Shown one piece after another: positions 50,312-62,960 of a stretch of 64,000 nucleotides of DNA. How positions within the stretch are numbered: position 1 is the first letter of the stretch; each line of letters begins with the position of its first letter. The notes under the pieces were generated by a model that was given only the letters and a program-made list of their open reading frames with translations, was not told the origin of the DNA and ran no database searches. Location of the stretch: the NCBI RefSeq assembly GCF_006345805.1, contig NC_043006.1, positions 59,520,001-59,584,000 of the forward strand. The letters are read 5' to 3'. The position numbers and the translations under genes are program-made. This stretch comes from Octopus sinensis (taxonomy: Eukaryota).

Positions 50312-51583
50312 CAGGGGTTGAACAAAATAATGGAAACACCTTAAAATTTCAAACAAATTTAGTTTAATATGGAGTAGGAGAGCCTTTGGCAGTTATTACA
50401 GCTTGAATTCTACGAAGTATAGACTCGTACAAAGTTTGAATTGTTTCCCAAAGAATTTTTGTCCATTCTTCAGGGAAAACAGTCTCCAGTTCTTCTAGTG
50501 ATGATGGAGGATATCGACTCCTTACTTGTTTTTCTAAAATGCACCGTAAATTTTCAATAATATTGAGATCTGGGGACTGTGGTGGCCAAATAAGATGTTC
50601 AACTTCACTAGAATGTTCCTCGTGCCATTCAGTAACAACTTTAGCTGTGTGAATTGGTGCATTATCATCCTGAAAGATTGCGTTTCTGTCCGGAAACAGT
50701 TCTGTAACCATAGTATGAATTTGATCAGATAAAATGCTTAAATAGTCTTCACTGTTAATTCAGGCATGAAGGGAAACCATTTGGGCCGGCGGATTTCCAA
50801 GATCTAGCCTCACCAGATCATCACAGATCCTCCACCATGTTTAACAGTTGAAAGAAGGCACTCTGGGTCAAATACTTCTTTTGGCTGTCTCCACTCGTAT
50901 ACTCGGCCGGTGGGCAGAAATAAGGTAAATGATAACTTGTCTGAGAAAATAACATTCTTCCACTGCTCTAGGGACCAATTCTGTAGGTTTTTACTCCACT
51001 CTAAACGCTTTGCAACGTTTGTTTTTAAACGTAGTGGTTTCTTGATTGCAGCCCTCCTATGAAATCCGGCTTTGTGCAGCTCTCAGCGAACAGTTTTTGT
51101 GAAAACTGTTTTCTCGAGATGGTCATTAAGCTCTGCAGTAATTTTGGGAGCTGTACTTTTGTGATCCTTTCTAACAATTTGCGTAAGAGTCCGACGCTCC
51201 CTATCTGAAAGTTTTGGTTTTCTCCTGGAATTTTGTGTCGACGAAGAGGTTTTCCCCTCTTTCTGAAAAGCTGTCATTACTTTCGAGACAGTACTTCTTG
51301 ATTCACCAAATATTTCGGCTATTTTCGTTACGCTAGCGTCTGGCATACAAGCACCAACAATTTGACCTCTTTGAAAGTCCGATAGATCATCATTTTAATG
51401 AATTTTAATTACATTTTTTTCTGATGATATCTGGAAAGAAACAACAATTTTAGCAAAACATATTAAGCAACACTAGTAATAATCAAAAAACAAAAATAAA
51501 CAAGCTTTTGACGGTTTTATACATCTTTTCAAACTTATGATGCTTTGATGCTGGGTGTTTCCATTATTTTGTCCAGCTTCCTG
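50312..51583 (-). mobile_element. Full-length decayed Tc1-like transposon with DD36E spacing
   Basis: TIRs CAGGGGTTGAACAAAATAATGGAAACACC / GGTGTTTCCATTATTTTGTCCAGCTTCCTG flanked by TA; ORFs 51083-51346 (HTH) and 50364-50711 (QDDNAPIH...SPDLNIIENL). Confidence 0.88.
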
Positions 51584-51589
51584 TATAAG

Positions 51590-52322
51590 CATACATACAT
51601 GCATACACATATACATACATACATACATACATACATACATACATACATACATACATACATACATACATGCATACATATACAACATACATACAACATACAT
51701 ACATACATACATACATACATACATAATGCACAAAATACACTATACATACATACATACATACATACATACATACATACATACATACATACATGCATACACA
51801 CATACATACATACATACATACATACATACATAATACATACATACATACATGCATGCATGCATACATACATACATACATACATACATACATACATACATGC
51901 ATACATACATACCATACATACATACATACATACATACATACATACATACATACATGCAGGCATGCATACATACATACATACATACATACATACATACATA
52001 ACATACATAATACAGCATACACATCTACATACATACATACATACATACATACATACATACATACATAACATACATACATACATACATGCATACATACATA
52101 CATCATACATACATACATACATACATACATACATACGTGAGGGGAGAATTCACAAAAGACGAAGACAGGTGGTGTAGACAGCAAACAGATGTATTAGTTT
52201 AACGCACGGGAATTGAAAAATTCTTTAATGTTTCAAGCCTACATACATACGTGCATACATGCATGCATGCATGCATACATACTACATACATACATACATA
52301 CATACATACATACATACATACA

Positions 52323-52350
<28 letters not shown>
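51590..52350. repeat. Long (ATAC)n microsatellite interrupted by a PLE-end-like repeat
   Basis: Seen directly; 52140-52240 matches 57485-57590. Confidence 0.9.
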
Positions 52351-52353
<3 letters not shown>

Positions 52354-53814
52354 CATGAACTAACCGTTACCTTCTCAGATGCAGCACGGAATTTTGTCAG
52401 TGAACAGGTCGCGGTCTGAAAGCGACGGAAATATTTTGACAAATTTTATTTAAATGAAGTGAATCTAACGGTTTTCGATGTGTGTGTGTGTGTGTGTGTG
52501 TGCGTGCGTGTTTTTTTTTTCTTGTAATGTCTTATAAACACCTTCCACACTGCAAGTGCTTGTAGAAAACATAAATCCAAATAAGTACACTCTAAGATGT
52601 AGTGCAGCGTATAATTTAATAGGCAAGGCCGGTTTATGGGATTACCTTGGGTTTCCCGTCTATAAGGTTTTAGCAAAACCTGTTGGCCTAAGATCTCTTC
52701 AAAATATGAAAGGGGAAAAGCCTCGCCACGAAGGTAAACAATAGAGAATATCTTCCTTTGCCACTGGCTATCGACTTCCGGCTATGCCGCCGTCTTGCAG
52801 CCTCCGAAAAACTACGATGATAAACAATAGGGGATTATCTCCCTTTGTCATTGGCTATTGACTTCCGGCTGCGCCGCCAAGTTGCGGATTCCAAAACGCT
52901 AGTAGGAATTTTACCTAAATGTAAACATGGCCCGAAAAATCATTCTGGAGTTAAGGATGCTCCCTGGCTCGAGTGAGTCTTTTAGAATTCTCGCGCGTTC
53001 AGCTATGCATAACTTGCAACGCTTCGTCTCGTTGATGTAGGGGCCCGGGTTTTCGAGGATTTTCCATGAGATCAAGTATGGGATCCCATCGTCCCTTAGT
53101 TGCCAGACGTGACTGCCCAGCTATGATACGTATCCCCTTTCCGGAACTCTGAAAGAATACCTATAGTTGGAGAGACATTGCGTGATAGAATTCCCAGTAC
53201 AGCCAATGGGCGCGTGTTGTCGAGCTGCACCTGTTGCTGTTGTTGTTGCTGCTGCTGTTGTCGCTGGTGGTGTTGCTGGTACTGGCGATGATGGAGGTAG
53301 GTGGTGGTGGCGTCAGTAATGTTATTGCCACTGCCGGTTATGGAGAAGGCGCTGTTGTTGCTATTGTTGTTGCTATTGTTGCTATTGTTGTTGTTATTTT
53401 ATAACTGTCATTATTGCGGTCTCCGTGTGTGTGTGGGAGGGGGAACTGCCACTGCTACTAGAGGTGTCATTAACCCCAGTTTATGCCCGAGCTAGGGCCG
53501 TTGTCGCTACCGCTGTTGTTGTTGTTGTTGTTGTTGTTGCCGTTATAGTTTATGATGTCACCTGTCACTGCTGTTTATAGGGGCTGCCAGGTCTGCTACT
53601 GTGGACGACGGGGAAGCTACTGAAAACGATCGACGCTATGCGTGTAACAATATGGACACACAGAAGTAGGGGTGTATATGTGCATATATGCATCCACCAA
53701 ACACGCACACACTCTTATATCAACGTGCATATGTATATATGTACATGTGTGTGTGTATGTGTGCGTATGTATGTAAGTGTATACATACATATATATGTAT
53801 ATATACATATAACT

Positions 53815-54030
53815 CTTTTAACTCTTGCTTGTTTCAGTCATTTGACTAAGGCCATGCTGGAGCACCGCCTTTAATCGAGCAACTCGACCCCGGGACTTAT
53901 TCTTTTGTAAGCACAGTACTTATTCTATCGGTCTCTTTTGCCGAACCGCTAAGTAACGCGGACATAAACACACCAGCATCGGTTGTCAAGCAATGCTAGG
54001 GGGACAAGCAGACACACAAACACCACAACA

Positions 54031-54121
<91 letters not shown>

Positions 54122-54280
54122 TACGACGGGCTTCTTTCAGTTTCCGTCTACCAAATCCACTAACAAGGCTTTGGTCGCCCGAGGCTATAGTAGAAGACAC
54201 TTGCCCAAGGTGCCACGCAGTGGGACTGAACCCGGAACCATGTGGGTGGTAAACAAGCTACTTACCACAGCCACTCCTGT
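53815..54280 (-). mobile_element. Full-length copy of the 3505-3902 SINE with an expanded internal (TA)n
   Basis: Direct alignment by eye. Confidence 0.85.
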
Positions 54281-54288
54281 ATATATAC

Positions 54289-54352
<64 letters not shown>

Positions 54353-54450
54353 CTATATATATATATATAGATATATATATGTATATTTATATATATATAT
54401 ATATATATAATATATTGATAGTGTGTGTGTGTATATATATATATATGTAT

Positions 54451-54707
54451 ATATAACATAAGAGGGATCAGCATCTGAATGTGGCTAGGGTCAGGGCGGG
54501 GTGGTGGGGGTGTTACTGATGCATTTAGCCCCAGGCGAACATCTACGTCACCAGAAGAGCTGACACCATCTCGTTGTCCTTACCGAGATGGTATCAGCTC
54601 TACTGGTGACTCGAGTGTTCGCCTGGGGCTAAATGCATCACTAACACCCCCACCACCCCGCCCTGACCCTAGCCACATTCAGATGGCTGATCCCTCTTAT
54701 GTTATAT
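54451..54707. repeat. About 255-bp fold-back palindrome (copy 1)
   Basis: ATAACATAAGAGGGATCAGC...CCATCTCG-loop-CGAGATGG...GCTGATCCCTCTTATGTTAT. Confidence 0.95.
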
Positions 54708-54753
54708 ATACATATATATATATAAACACCCACACACTCATATATACATATAT

Positions 54754-55045
54754 ATATAAACAGTAACTGCTCTATAACATAAGAGGGATCAGCCATCTGA
54801 ATGTGGCTAGGGTCAGGGCGGGGTGGTGGGGGTGTTACTGATGCATTTAGGTCCAGGCGAACATCGACGTCACCAGAAGAGCTGACACCATCTCGGTGTC
54901 CTTACCGAGATGGTATCAGCTCTACTGGTGACGTCGATGTTCGCCTGGGGCTAAATGCATCACTACACCCCCCCACCCCGCCCTGACCCTAGCCACATTC
55001 AGATGGCTGATCCCTCTTATGTTATAGAGCAGTTACTGTTTATAT
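54754..55045. repeat. About 290-bp fold-back palindrome (copy 2)
   Basis: Same element with arms extended by AAACAGTAACTGCTCT / AGAGCAGTTACTGTTT; 6-nt loop GTCCTT. Confidence 0.95.
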
Positions 55046-55079
55046 CTCGCCCAGAGATTTTTATTATTGTTATGTATAG

Positions 55080-55129
<50 letters not shown>

Positions 55130-55665
55130 TACATATATATGTATGCATGATACACACATACATACACACGCACACATACACAAACTTGTATATATGTGTG
55201 CACATAGATATGCATACATATATATGCAAGTTGATATAGGTATGTGTGCGTCTATGGTAGATGCGTATATGCATATATATACACCCTTACTACTGTGTGT
55301 CTATTATTGTTACACGCTTAGCGCCAATCGTTTTCATTTGTTTGATATAAGGTATTTAAAAATAAATAAATCTGCATTTTATGTGGCTCTTGTCGTTGAT
55401 ATATAAGGTAAAACCTCTACTAGGATCGATGGATGAGTCGTAGATGATACTCTATGTTTGCTGTACTCAGGAAATAGCATCATATTTCATTTATCAAAGA
55501 TGGAGTGTTCTTACACATTTAGAGCCCTTAACACCCATCTGACAAACATTCAGACACGCCAATACATGAATGCGTTATATTTTTCATTTCTTCTTTCCCT
55601 CATAAAGACGTACATAGATGTATGCGCATCCACACACATCCACACACATCCACACACATCCACAT

Positions 55666-55726
<61 letters not shown>

Positions 55727-57054
55727 CACACACACACAGAGACCCGCAAACAAATAGCAAACACACATTCATGAACACCCACTTATATACATATAGATAA
55801 ACATACAGACATGAACACCATACAAACATATAGTTAGAGTGGGAACGTTCGCAGACGTACGGGCGGCGGCGGATACGTTCACACACTCACATATACATAC
55901 GCACAAACACACAAACAACAAAAAAAACACACAATCATACTTATACATAATCCTACACTCAAACACACATCCGCGCTTGCATATATGAACACCACACACA
56001 CAGAGCTTGATAAATAAATAGAGAGAGAGAGAGAGAGAGAGGGAGAGATAGATAGATAGATAGATAGATAGATAGGTAGGTAGGTAGGTAGGTAGGTAGG
56101 TAGGTAGGTAGGTAGGTAGATATAGATTGTATTCCCTCGCTCCCTCTGTCTCTCATGCCCACACCTATACATACATACATACATACATACATACATACAT
56201 ACATACATACATACATACATACATACATACGTTCGTACATACGTACGTACATACATACATACATACATACATACATACATACATACATACATACATACAT
56301 ACGTTCGTACATACATACATACATACATACATACATACATACATACATACGTACGTACATACATACGTACATACATACGTACATACATACGTACGTACAT
56401 AATACGTACGTACGTACGTAAAAATATGAGGTAGTTGGTTTTAATTGCCGCTTAGAACACTTACATTTTCTCCAGATTATAAATATATATTTGAGAGAAT
56501 GCATGAGCAACACAACGCTGTTTTCCTCTTCATTTCTCTTATCTCGTCTTCGTATTAAAATACGATCTTATTACCCTATGTAACAAATCATCCTTAACGA
56601 GTCAAAATCCCCCCTGGATTTTCACCTTCAATTCTATAATGTCATTAAGTCTGCTAATAATAATTAATGAATGATATTAATTAAAAGCTACAAACCAACA
56701 TGCATATAATATCATTAGCGTCTTCCTCTCTACGTCTAAATCTCGGTACTTATTAAAAATAAGTAATAATAATCAATATTGTACCGAATATGTTGGAGTT
56801 TATCAAACCTACAAGCTAAAGTGAGTTGATTAACATGGTTGCTATTTTGTATTTTGCATTCCAAATATAACTTAACCTAATTAAAAATTGCAATATAATT
56901 TTCTTCGGCTTATAATTTATAGCCGTCAATTTTCTCACTGAATTCATCACAAATAACCTTAGGACTCCATCAGACTCGAGGAAAGACATGTATATATATA
57001 TATATATATATGTATGTATATACAAATACATGCGCGCGAAAGCACACATGCATA

Positions 57055-57432
57055 TTTTATTTCTTTCAGTCATTTGACTGCGGCCATGCTGGAGCACCGC
57101 CTTTCGTCGACCAAATCGACCCCAAGATTTATTATTTGTAAGTCTAGTGCTTATTCTATCAGTTCTTTTGCCGAGCCGCTAAGTTACGGGAACGTAAACA
57201 CACCCACATCGGTTGGACAACATGGGAGACAAACACAGACACACAAACATATACATGTATACATATATATATATACGACGGACTTCTTTAAGTTTCCGTC
57301 TACCAAATCCACTCACAAGGCTGTAGTTGGATCGAAGCTATAGTAGAAGACACTTGCCCAAGGTGCCACGCACTCGGACTGAACCCGGAAACATGTGGTT
57401 GGTAAGCAAGCTACTTAACCACACAGTCACTC
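57055..57432 (-). mobile_element. Full-length copy of the 3505-3902 SINE
   Basis: Direct alignment by eye. Confidence 0.85.
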
Positions 57433-57484
57433 CTGCTTCTATATGTACACACACACGCATACACACATACACACACACATATAT

Positions 57485-58720
57485 ATGGCGAGAATTTACA
57501 AAAAAAAAAGACGAAGACAGGTGGTGTAGACAACAAACAGATGTATTAGTTTAACACTCGGGAAGTGAAGAGTCTTTAACGTTTCGAGCCTACGCTCTTC
57601 GATAGAAAGGAACACAGAAAGAAACAAGGAGAGAAAATAAAGAATGTGTAGTGGCTAGCGATCTATCGTGGCGAATGCCGGACAGAGGGGTCACACAGGA
57701 GAGCTAGGAAGAAGGAAGAGATAAAGTAGTGGTGATCCCAAAACGAAGGTGCGCGTGCGTGTGTATAAGGGAGCATGTACGTGCATGTGGAAGAGGGCTG
57801 GTGACCTTGACATGTGCGTGTGTGTATATGTAGGTGTGTGGATATGGAGCAGTGGAGTGTGGTGTGGTGTGATGGTGTTGGGATGTGGGGGAGGCGAGAG
57901 TGGGGAAAGCAAGGGTGAGGTATAGGTTAGGCTGTGGGAAGAGAGAAGGCGGCGAGCTGGCAGATACGTTAGCACGCCGGGCGAAATGCGTAGCCGTATT
58001 TCGTCTGCCGTTACGTTCTGAGTTCAAATTCCGCCGAGGTCGACTTTGCCTTTCATCCTTTCGGGGTCGATAAATTGAGTACCAGTTACACACTGGGGTC
58101 GATATAATCGACTTAATCTGTTTGTCTGTCCTCTCTGTGTTTGGCCCCTTGTGGGTAGTAAAGAAATAGGTATAGGTTAGGCTGAGGGTGGGGTATGTGA
58201 GTAGGTAGAGGTGGTGTATGTGGGAGTGGGCGTTAGGGATGGATGGGGCGGGGTGGGATTGATAAGGAAGTTGGGATTGGATTGTGTAGGGGTGGGGTTA
58301 CGAGGGAGCGGTGACGATGAAGAGAGAGGGGAAGGGAGAAGGTGGGTAGGAGTGAAGAGAAGAGAGAAGGAGAGTATGAGTTAAGAAAAGAAGTAGGAGT
58401 CGGAGAAAGAGAGGAGAGGTGGGTCGGAGGAAGTAGGTGTGAGAGGGAGAGAGGAGAAGGGAGGAGGTTAGATGAAGAGGGGAGGAGAGTTGAGCTCATG
58501 TAGCGTAAAGGAGGGAAGAGAGAAGATTAATCCCTGTTCACAACGCAAACGGGAATCGGGATGGCCCCTGTGCAAGGACAATCCGAACACAGGTGTTGCA
58601 AAGTGTGACCGGTAAAACGGAAATGGCGCGAGACCGGGGTATCATTGCCGAGTCGGATGTCTCGGAGGTGTTTCGTGAACCGGTCAGCCAAGCGGCATTC
58701 CGTTTGCCCGATGTATAGAG
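57485..58720 (-). mobile_element. 3' portion of a Penelope-like element (GIY-YIG fragment, CT-rich region, terminal repeat)
   Basis: 58720-58489 reads LYIGQTECRLADRFTKHLRDIRLGNDTPVSRHF...EQGLIFSL...LN; the downstream terminal segment recurs at 47680-47740 and 52140-52240. Confidence 0.75.
57948..58170 (+). mobile_element. Full-length tail-less Meta-like SINE inserted in the PLE
   Basis: Head GGCGAGCTGGCAGATACGTTAGC through ...AAAGAAATAGG; GGTATAGGTTAGGCTG occurs on both sides (57919-57934 and 58169-58184). Confidence 0.88.
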
Positions 58721-59231
58721 AAGGGCAGAGAGAACAGGATATATATGTGTGTGTGTATGTATATGTATATATTTATACATATAGACATGCATATATACAT
58801 ATGTATGTGTGTTATTATACATGTATACAGAAATTCCTTCAAATAATGCCAGTTAGTACAAGGGAGATGACCGTCGCCTCCAGCATGTAGCGAGATTAGG
58901 GTTTCGAATTTGAAATTACAGATTTACAAGGATAAAGATGCATAGAATTTACATACTTATTTGTTGTTGCTATTGTTGCTTATTTATTACGAAATTCTTA
59001 CAATTTCTAGTTGGTGGTAATCATTTATAACACTATTTCGTTCTTTTGAGAAATCGTCATCATGATATAACCTGTGACATTAATTAGAGATTTTACGAAG
59101 TGAAGCATTTCATTAACGGTGGAATTAGCTGCAATCTTGAGGAAACCCGCAGAATGTTATATATCATCATCATCATATATATATATATATTTAAAAAAGG
59201 AGATGTGGAACACGAGTTGTGATATATAAAA

Positions 59232-59556
59232 AAAGGAAATGAAGAAAATGCTGACAAAATAATTTAAGAAAAGGGAGAGTGTATTTAATTAGGTGAAAGT
59301 TCTTTTTACCGGTTGCGCATTTGTTATGCTTATCAAAAGATATTTTTTAAAGAGAGATAGAGTTCCTTTCTGATAGATTTTTTTCTGGTAGATTTCAGAT
59401 AAGAGAAAAAAATTATCAGAAAGGAACTCTATCTCTCTTAAAAAAATATCTTTTGATAAGCATAACAAATGCGCAACCGGTAAAAAGAACTTTCACCTAA
59501 TTAAATACACTCTCCCTTACTTAAATTATTTTGTCAGCATTTTCTTCATTTCCTTT
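59232..59556. repeat. About 325-bp near-perfect palindrome
   Basis: Arms of about 150 bp (AAAGGAAATGAAGAAAATGCTGACAAAAT... / ...ATTTTGTCAGCATTTTCTTCATTTCCTTT) around an about 17-nt loop; (AT)n flanks. Confidence 0.95.
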
Positions 59557-59576
59557 ATTTATTTATATATATATAT

Positions 59577-59618
<42 letters not shown>

Positions 59619-59645
59619 AAATAAGCAGCAGGATATCCAGAGGTA

Positions 59646-59733
59646 ATGCAGTACGATCGTTTCAAGCGACTTCATTTAATTGAACAATGCAACCATTACA
59701 TCAATTTAAATGCAGAGCAATCCTCAGCTGCAT
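59646..59733 (-). ncRNA. Type I hammerhead motif with a long stem II hairpin (family D)
   Basis: Minus strand: ATGCAG-CTGAGGA-(57-nt foldable insert)-GAAAC-GATC-GTA-CTGCAT; perfect 6-bp stem I, palindromic ACGATCGT stem III. The base of stem II has U.U mismatches. Confidence 0.62.
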
Positions 59734-59910
59734 AAATACATAGGATTAAATTAAATTAAAACAGATGGGCATATTAGTATAATTTTACCTAAGACTGTAC
59801 AACCACTTGTCCTCTTTAAACTTAAACATAAGGCGAATTGTACGTCATTATCTAGTAAGATTTGGGAACTGAAGGAAAGCAGAATTGGCTTTATCCTTAA
59901 ATGGGAAATA

Positions 59911-60050
59911 TAAGGTTGTCCCAAAAGTTCGTAGAAAGTCTTGGAAAATAATGGTCTTTATTTTGAGGAATAATTTTTGTTGTTTTTGTTAGTACTTGGC
60001 GAGTAAAAATTCAATTTTCGCAAGTGTTTACGAACTTTTGGGACAACCTA
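59911..60050. mobile_element. About 140-bp mariner-type MITE (second copy)
   Basis: Matches 4197-4335. Confidence 0.8.
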
Positions 60051-60794
60051 ATAATAAGAAAAGCACAGCCTTATAGTAACAGTAGATATGAGTATGAACT
60101 GTGCTCTATGGAAACATGAAATTTTTAAGCATAAAGATAAAGGCAACCTGATTAGATTAGATTAGACCTTAAGGGTGTCATGCATACATAGTGTTACCGT
60201 ACTTTTAAATATTTTCGAAAGTAGAACTTTGTGCTTGAACTGATTTTGATGGAAATTTACTTTTAATATTTTCAGTTTGGAAATTAAAGTACATTGCATA
60301 TATTACAATATAATAAAAGCTATATAGTATAGATAGTATGCTAAACAGAATTAGTATACTATCCATATGTATTTTCCTGCCTAGTTGATCAGATTTCATC
60401 ATGGCTTTAGTAATTACTCTATTTATCCTTTTCCTAATGTGTTCCACCCTCCTGATCTTAGTATTTATAAGGGCCTTTATTTAAGTAGCCCTTCTAATTA
60501 AGTAACCCTAAGAAACTATCATATCAAGTATGGATTAACACTAAAAACTTTTAAAACCTATATTTATACCTCTTAGTTTATAATTAGTATATAGTTAGCA
60601 TGTCCTATAACATCAATAGTCCTTTAGTTAATACCCGGTATCAGTCTTTATAGATACAAAGTAGATAGATAAATAAATAAAAAGGGAGTCGACAGAAATC
60701 CTAGTGGGTATAGTCATAAAACTATCAAGATTAATTCGAAGCGATATAATGAGATATGGTAAAGGAAATCTTAAATTAAGATGGTAGTAATCAA

Positions 60795-60980
60795 TTACTA
60801 GTGTTGGAGTGTTTACGTACCCGTAACTTAGCGGTTCGACAAAGGGACCGATAGAATATGTATTAGGCTTAAAGAAAAAGAAAAAAAAAGTACAGGGTTT
60901 CATTCATTTGAGTAAAAGCTCTTCAAGGCGGTGCCCCAGCATGGCCGCAGTCAAATGACTGAAACAATTAAAAGATAAAA
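60795..60980 (+). mobile_element. 3' fragment of the 3505-3902 SINE
   Basis: CTTAGCGGTTCG...GCGGTGCCCCAGCATGGCCGCAGTCAAATGACTGAAAC. Confidence 0.8.
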
Positions 60981-61389
60981 TATCTGTTTTCCTTTATAAG
61001 CATTTATTTTTTCTCTACGTATTTGTTTTCCTTTTATCTGTTACATTTGTATAAATATGTCATAATCTAACTTGATACCTGTCGTCTGCCGGTTTTTGCT
61101 TTTGTTCTATTATACACAAACCAGCTTGATTGGTGCATTGCCTCTAGCTAAACTTCATTTGGCTGCTACCACATTCCTGCATTTAAAACTAGAGTTTCTG
61201 CACACATTGAACCTAACTATCAATTGTATATACCTATTTTCTTACGTCGTTTGACAGCGTATTACTCATAAATTAAATTAGCATTCATTTTAAGGGTGTT
61301 GCCTTGGTGTTAGCAAACATGTTGGTGCTTGACATCGGTGTTTGATCGGAGAAGCGCAAATGTGTGCGATACTTAATATATCACGACAG

Positions 61390-61595
61390 CCTTGGCAGAG
61401 TCGTTAGCACGCTGGACGAAATGCTTAGCGGTATTTCGCCCGTCGCTTCATTCTGAGTTCAAATTCTGCCGAAGTCGAATTTGCCTTTCATCCTTTAGGG
61501 ATCGATAAATTAAGTACCAGTGAAATTCTGGGGTCGATGTAATCGACTAGTCCCCTCCTCCAAAACTTCGAGCCTTGTGCTTATAATAGAAAGGA
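61390..61595 (+). mobile_element. Meta-like SINE (subfamily of 19850)
   Basis: Head, body and the alternative 3' end ...GTGCTTATAATAGAAAGGA. Confidence 0.8.
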
Positions 61596-61821
61596 CAGCC
61601 TTCATCTCACGCAATAGTCAGAGAGCATGGGACATAAACCTGGGACTCTAATCAATCTGAATCAGTCATAAGCTTTGGATAGGGTTGACTGTCGCCACCT
61701 TCATTGCTCATAAAAGCAATGACCCTTTTCAACCCGTTTTCAGAGGCTAATTGCAGCTATGCGTAATAGCATCTGTTCGGTAGTTTGAGTGAATGGCCAC
61801 CGCTCAGATATGTTATATATA

Positions 61822-61896
<75 letters not shown>

Positions 61897-61898
<2 letters not shown>

Positions 61899-62960
61899 AT
61901 CGGTCCTCTCTCGCTTCTACTATTGCTGGCTCTCGAGTTATTGCTACGGAAGCCAGAATTATTAAGAAACGTCCCATTCGAGCTGGAACACGGGAGTTAT
62001 ACTGACGTACGCTGATGACGTCATCATAATTGTGTCGAACACTAAGGCGTTGGGTGGTAAGCAATATTCCAATGACTACGAAGCAGTGATAGGAACTAGA
62101 TAAATTCGAATAAGCCAGTGAGCCGGTATTTTATGAGGAAACCCATGCCGTTAAACAGCATCATGAAGTTCAGAACAGAAGGACATGTTAAACCTTTAGT
62201 GGTCTGGTTTGATCTGGATCACCAAGTGGACCGGAACTGGAACTAAGTTATGAGCAGAACTGCTATACTTACCAAGAAATGGGCCGAGAGGAAGCTGTTC
62301 TTGAAAAGCCGAGCAGTCATGGTGAATGCCTACATCTCCGTCATATTCTACTGCCTGGTCGTCATGCCCCAGCTTCCACTTAACTAGACTGGAGTATCTA
62401 CTGTTCTACCCCCCCCCACAAAAAGCAAGCGTTCCACAGATCAAAATGGCTCGGCATACTGTGATTAGTGATGAGTATACACGCACTGGGGTTACACCAC
62501 TTGCAAAGTTTCAGGATGGTGAGAGGATGTCGTCTTTACTTAATATATCTTTCCGCAGCTCGTCTTTTCAGTAGAAATGCAATCTAGGATCAACAAAAGA
62601 CCAAGATTGGACACCTTTCATCAGAAATGTTGTCAGATGCTCATCGCTCTCAACCAGTCTGGCAATGTATCACTGCAGATTCCAGGAGTGCTACTGAGAA
62701 AGAGCGACGAGTCCTCAATGAAATGCCAGATGTCGACAAAGAGGAATTTGTCGAACTATTCAAAGGAATTTTCAAATAGGGTCTACTAGGGATAACTACC
62801 AGAAACCTTAGCTTGCAAACGGTACCGTGTGGCACTACATATTACTGGTCGGGGACAAACTACACAAGCGAGGAAATATCATCAGACAGGACTGTTCAAG
62901 ATGTGTGCAGAGCGAGGAAACCGCTCTGCAGGCACTCGTGGAGAATCCAAGCATTTCTGA
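61897..62960 (+). pseudogene. L1/Tx1-clade LINE RT and 3' region, decayed
   Basis: PLSLLLLLLALELLLRK, TYADDVIII, NAYISVIFYCL and LVGDKLHKRG...CSRCVQSEET; another 3' fragment lies at about 63560-63700. Confidence 0.75.

Noticed and set aside
51473-52184. About 200-aa ORFs of MYVC/HTYI repeats (also 42189-43685 and 55879-56513)
   Set aside because: (ATAC)n and (AT)n repeats lack stop codons in most frames; these are not genes.
57560-57612. GAAGAGCGTAGGCTCGAAACGTT at the PLE end as an active hammerhead
   Set aside because: The 5' core reads CTATCGAAGA rather than CTGAAGA. It is suggestive given the PLE context but not supportable from this copy.
57900-58300. TTAGG-like motifs as telomeric repeats
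   Set aside because: They are isolated occurrences within a purine-rich low-complexity tract, not an array.
62010-62030. CTGATGACGTCATC as a hammerhead core
   Set aside because: It is the YADD coding motif of the Tx1 reverse transcriptase.
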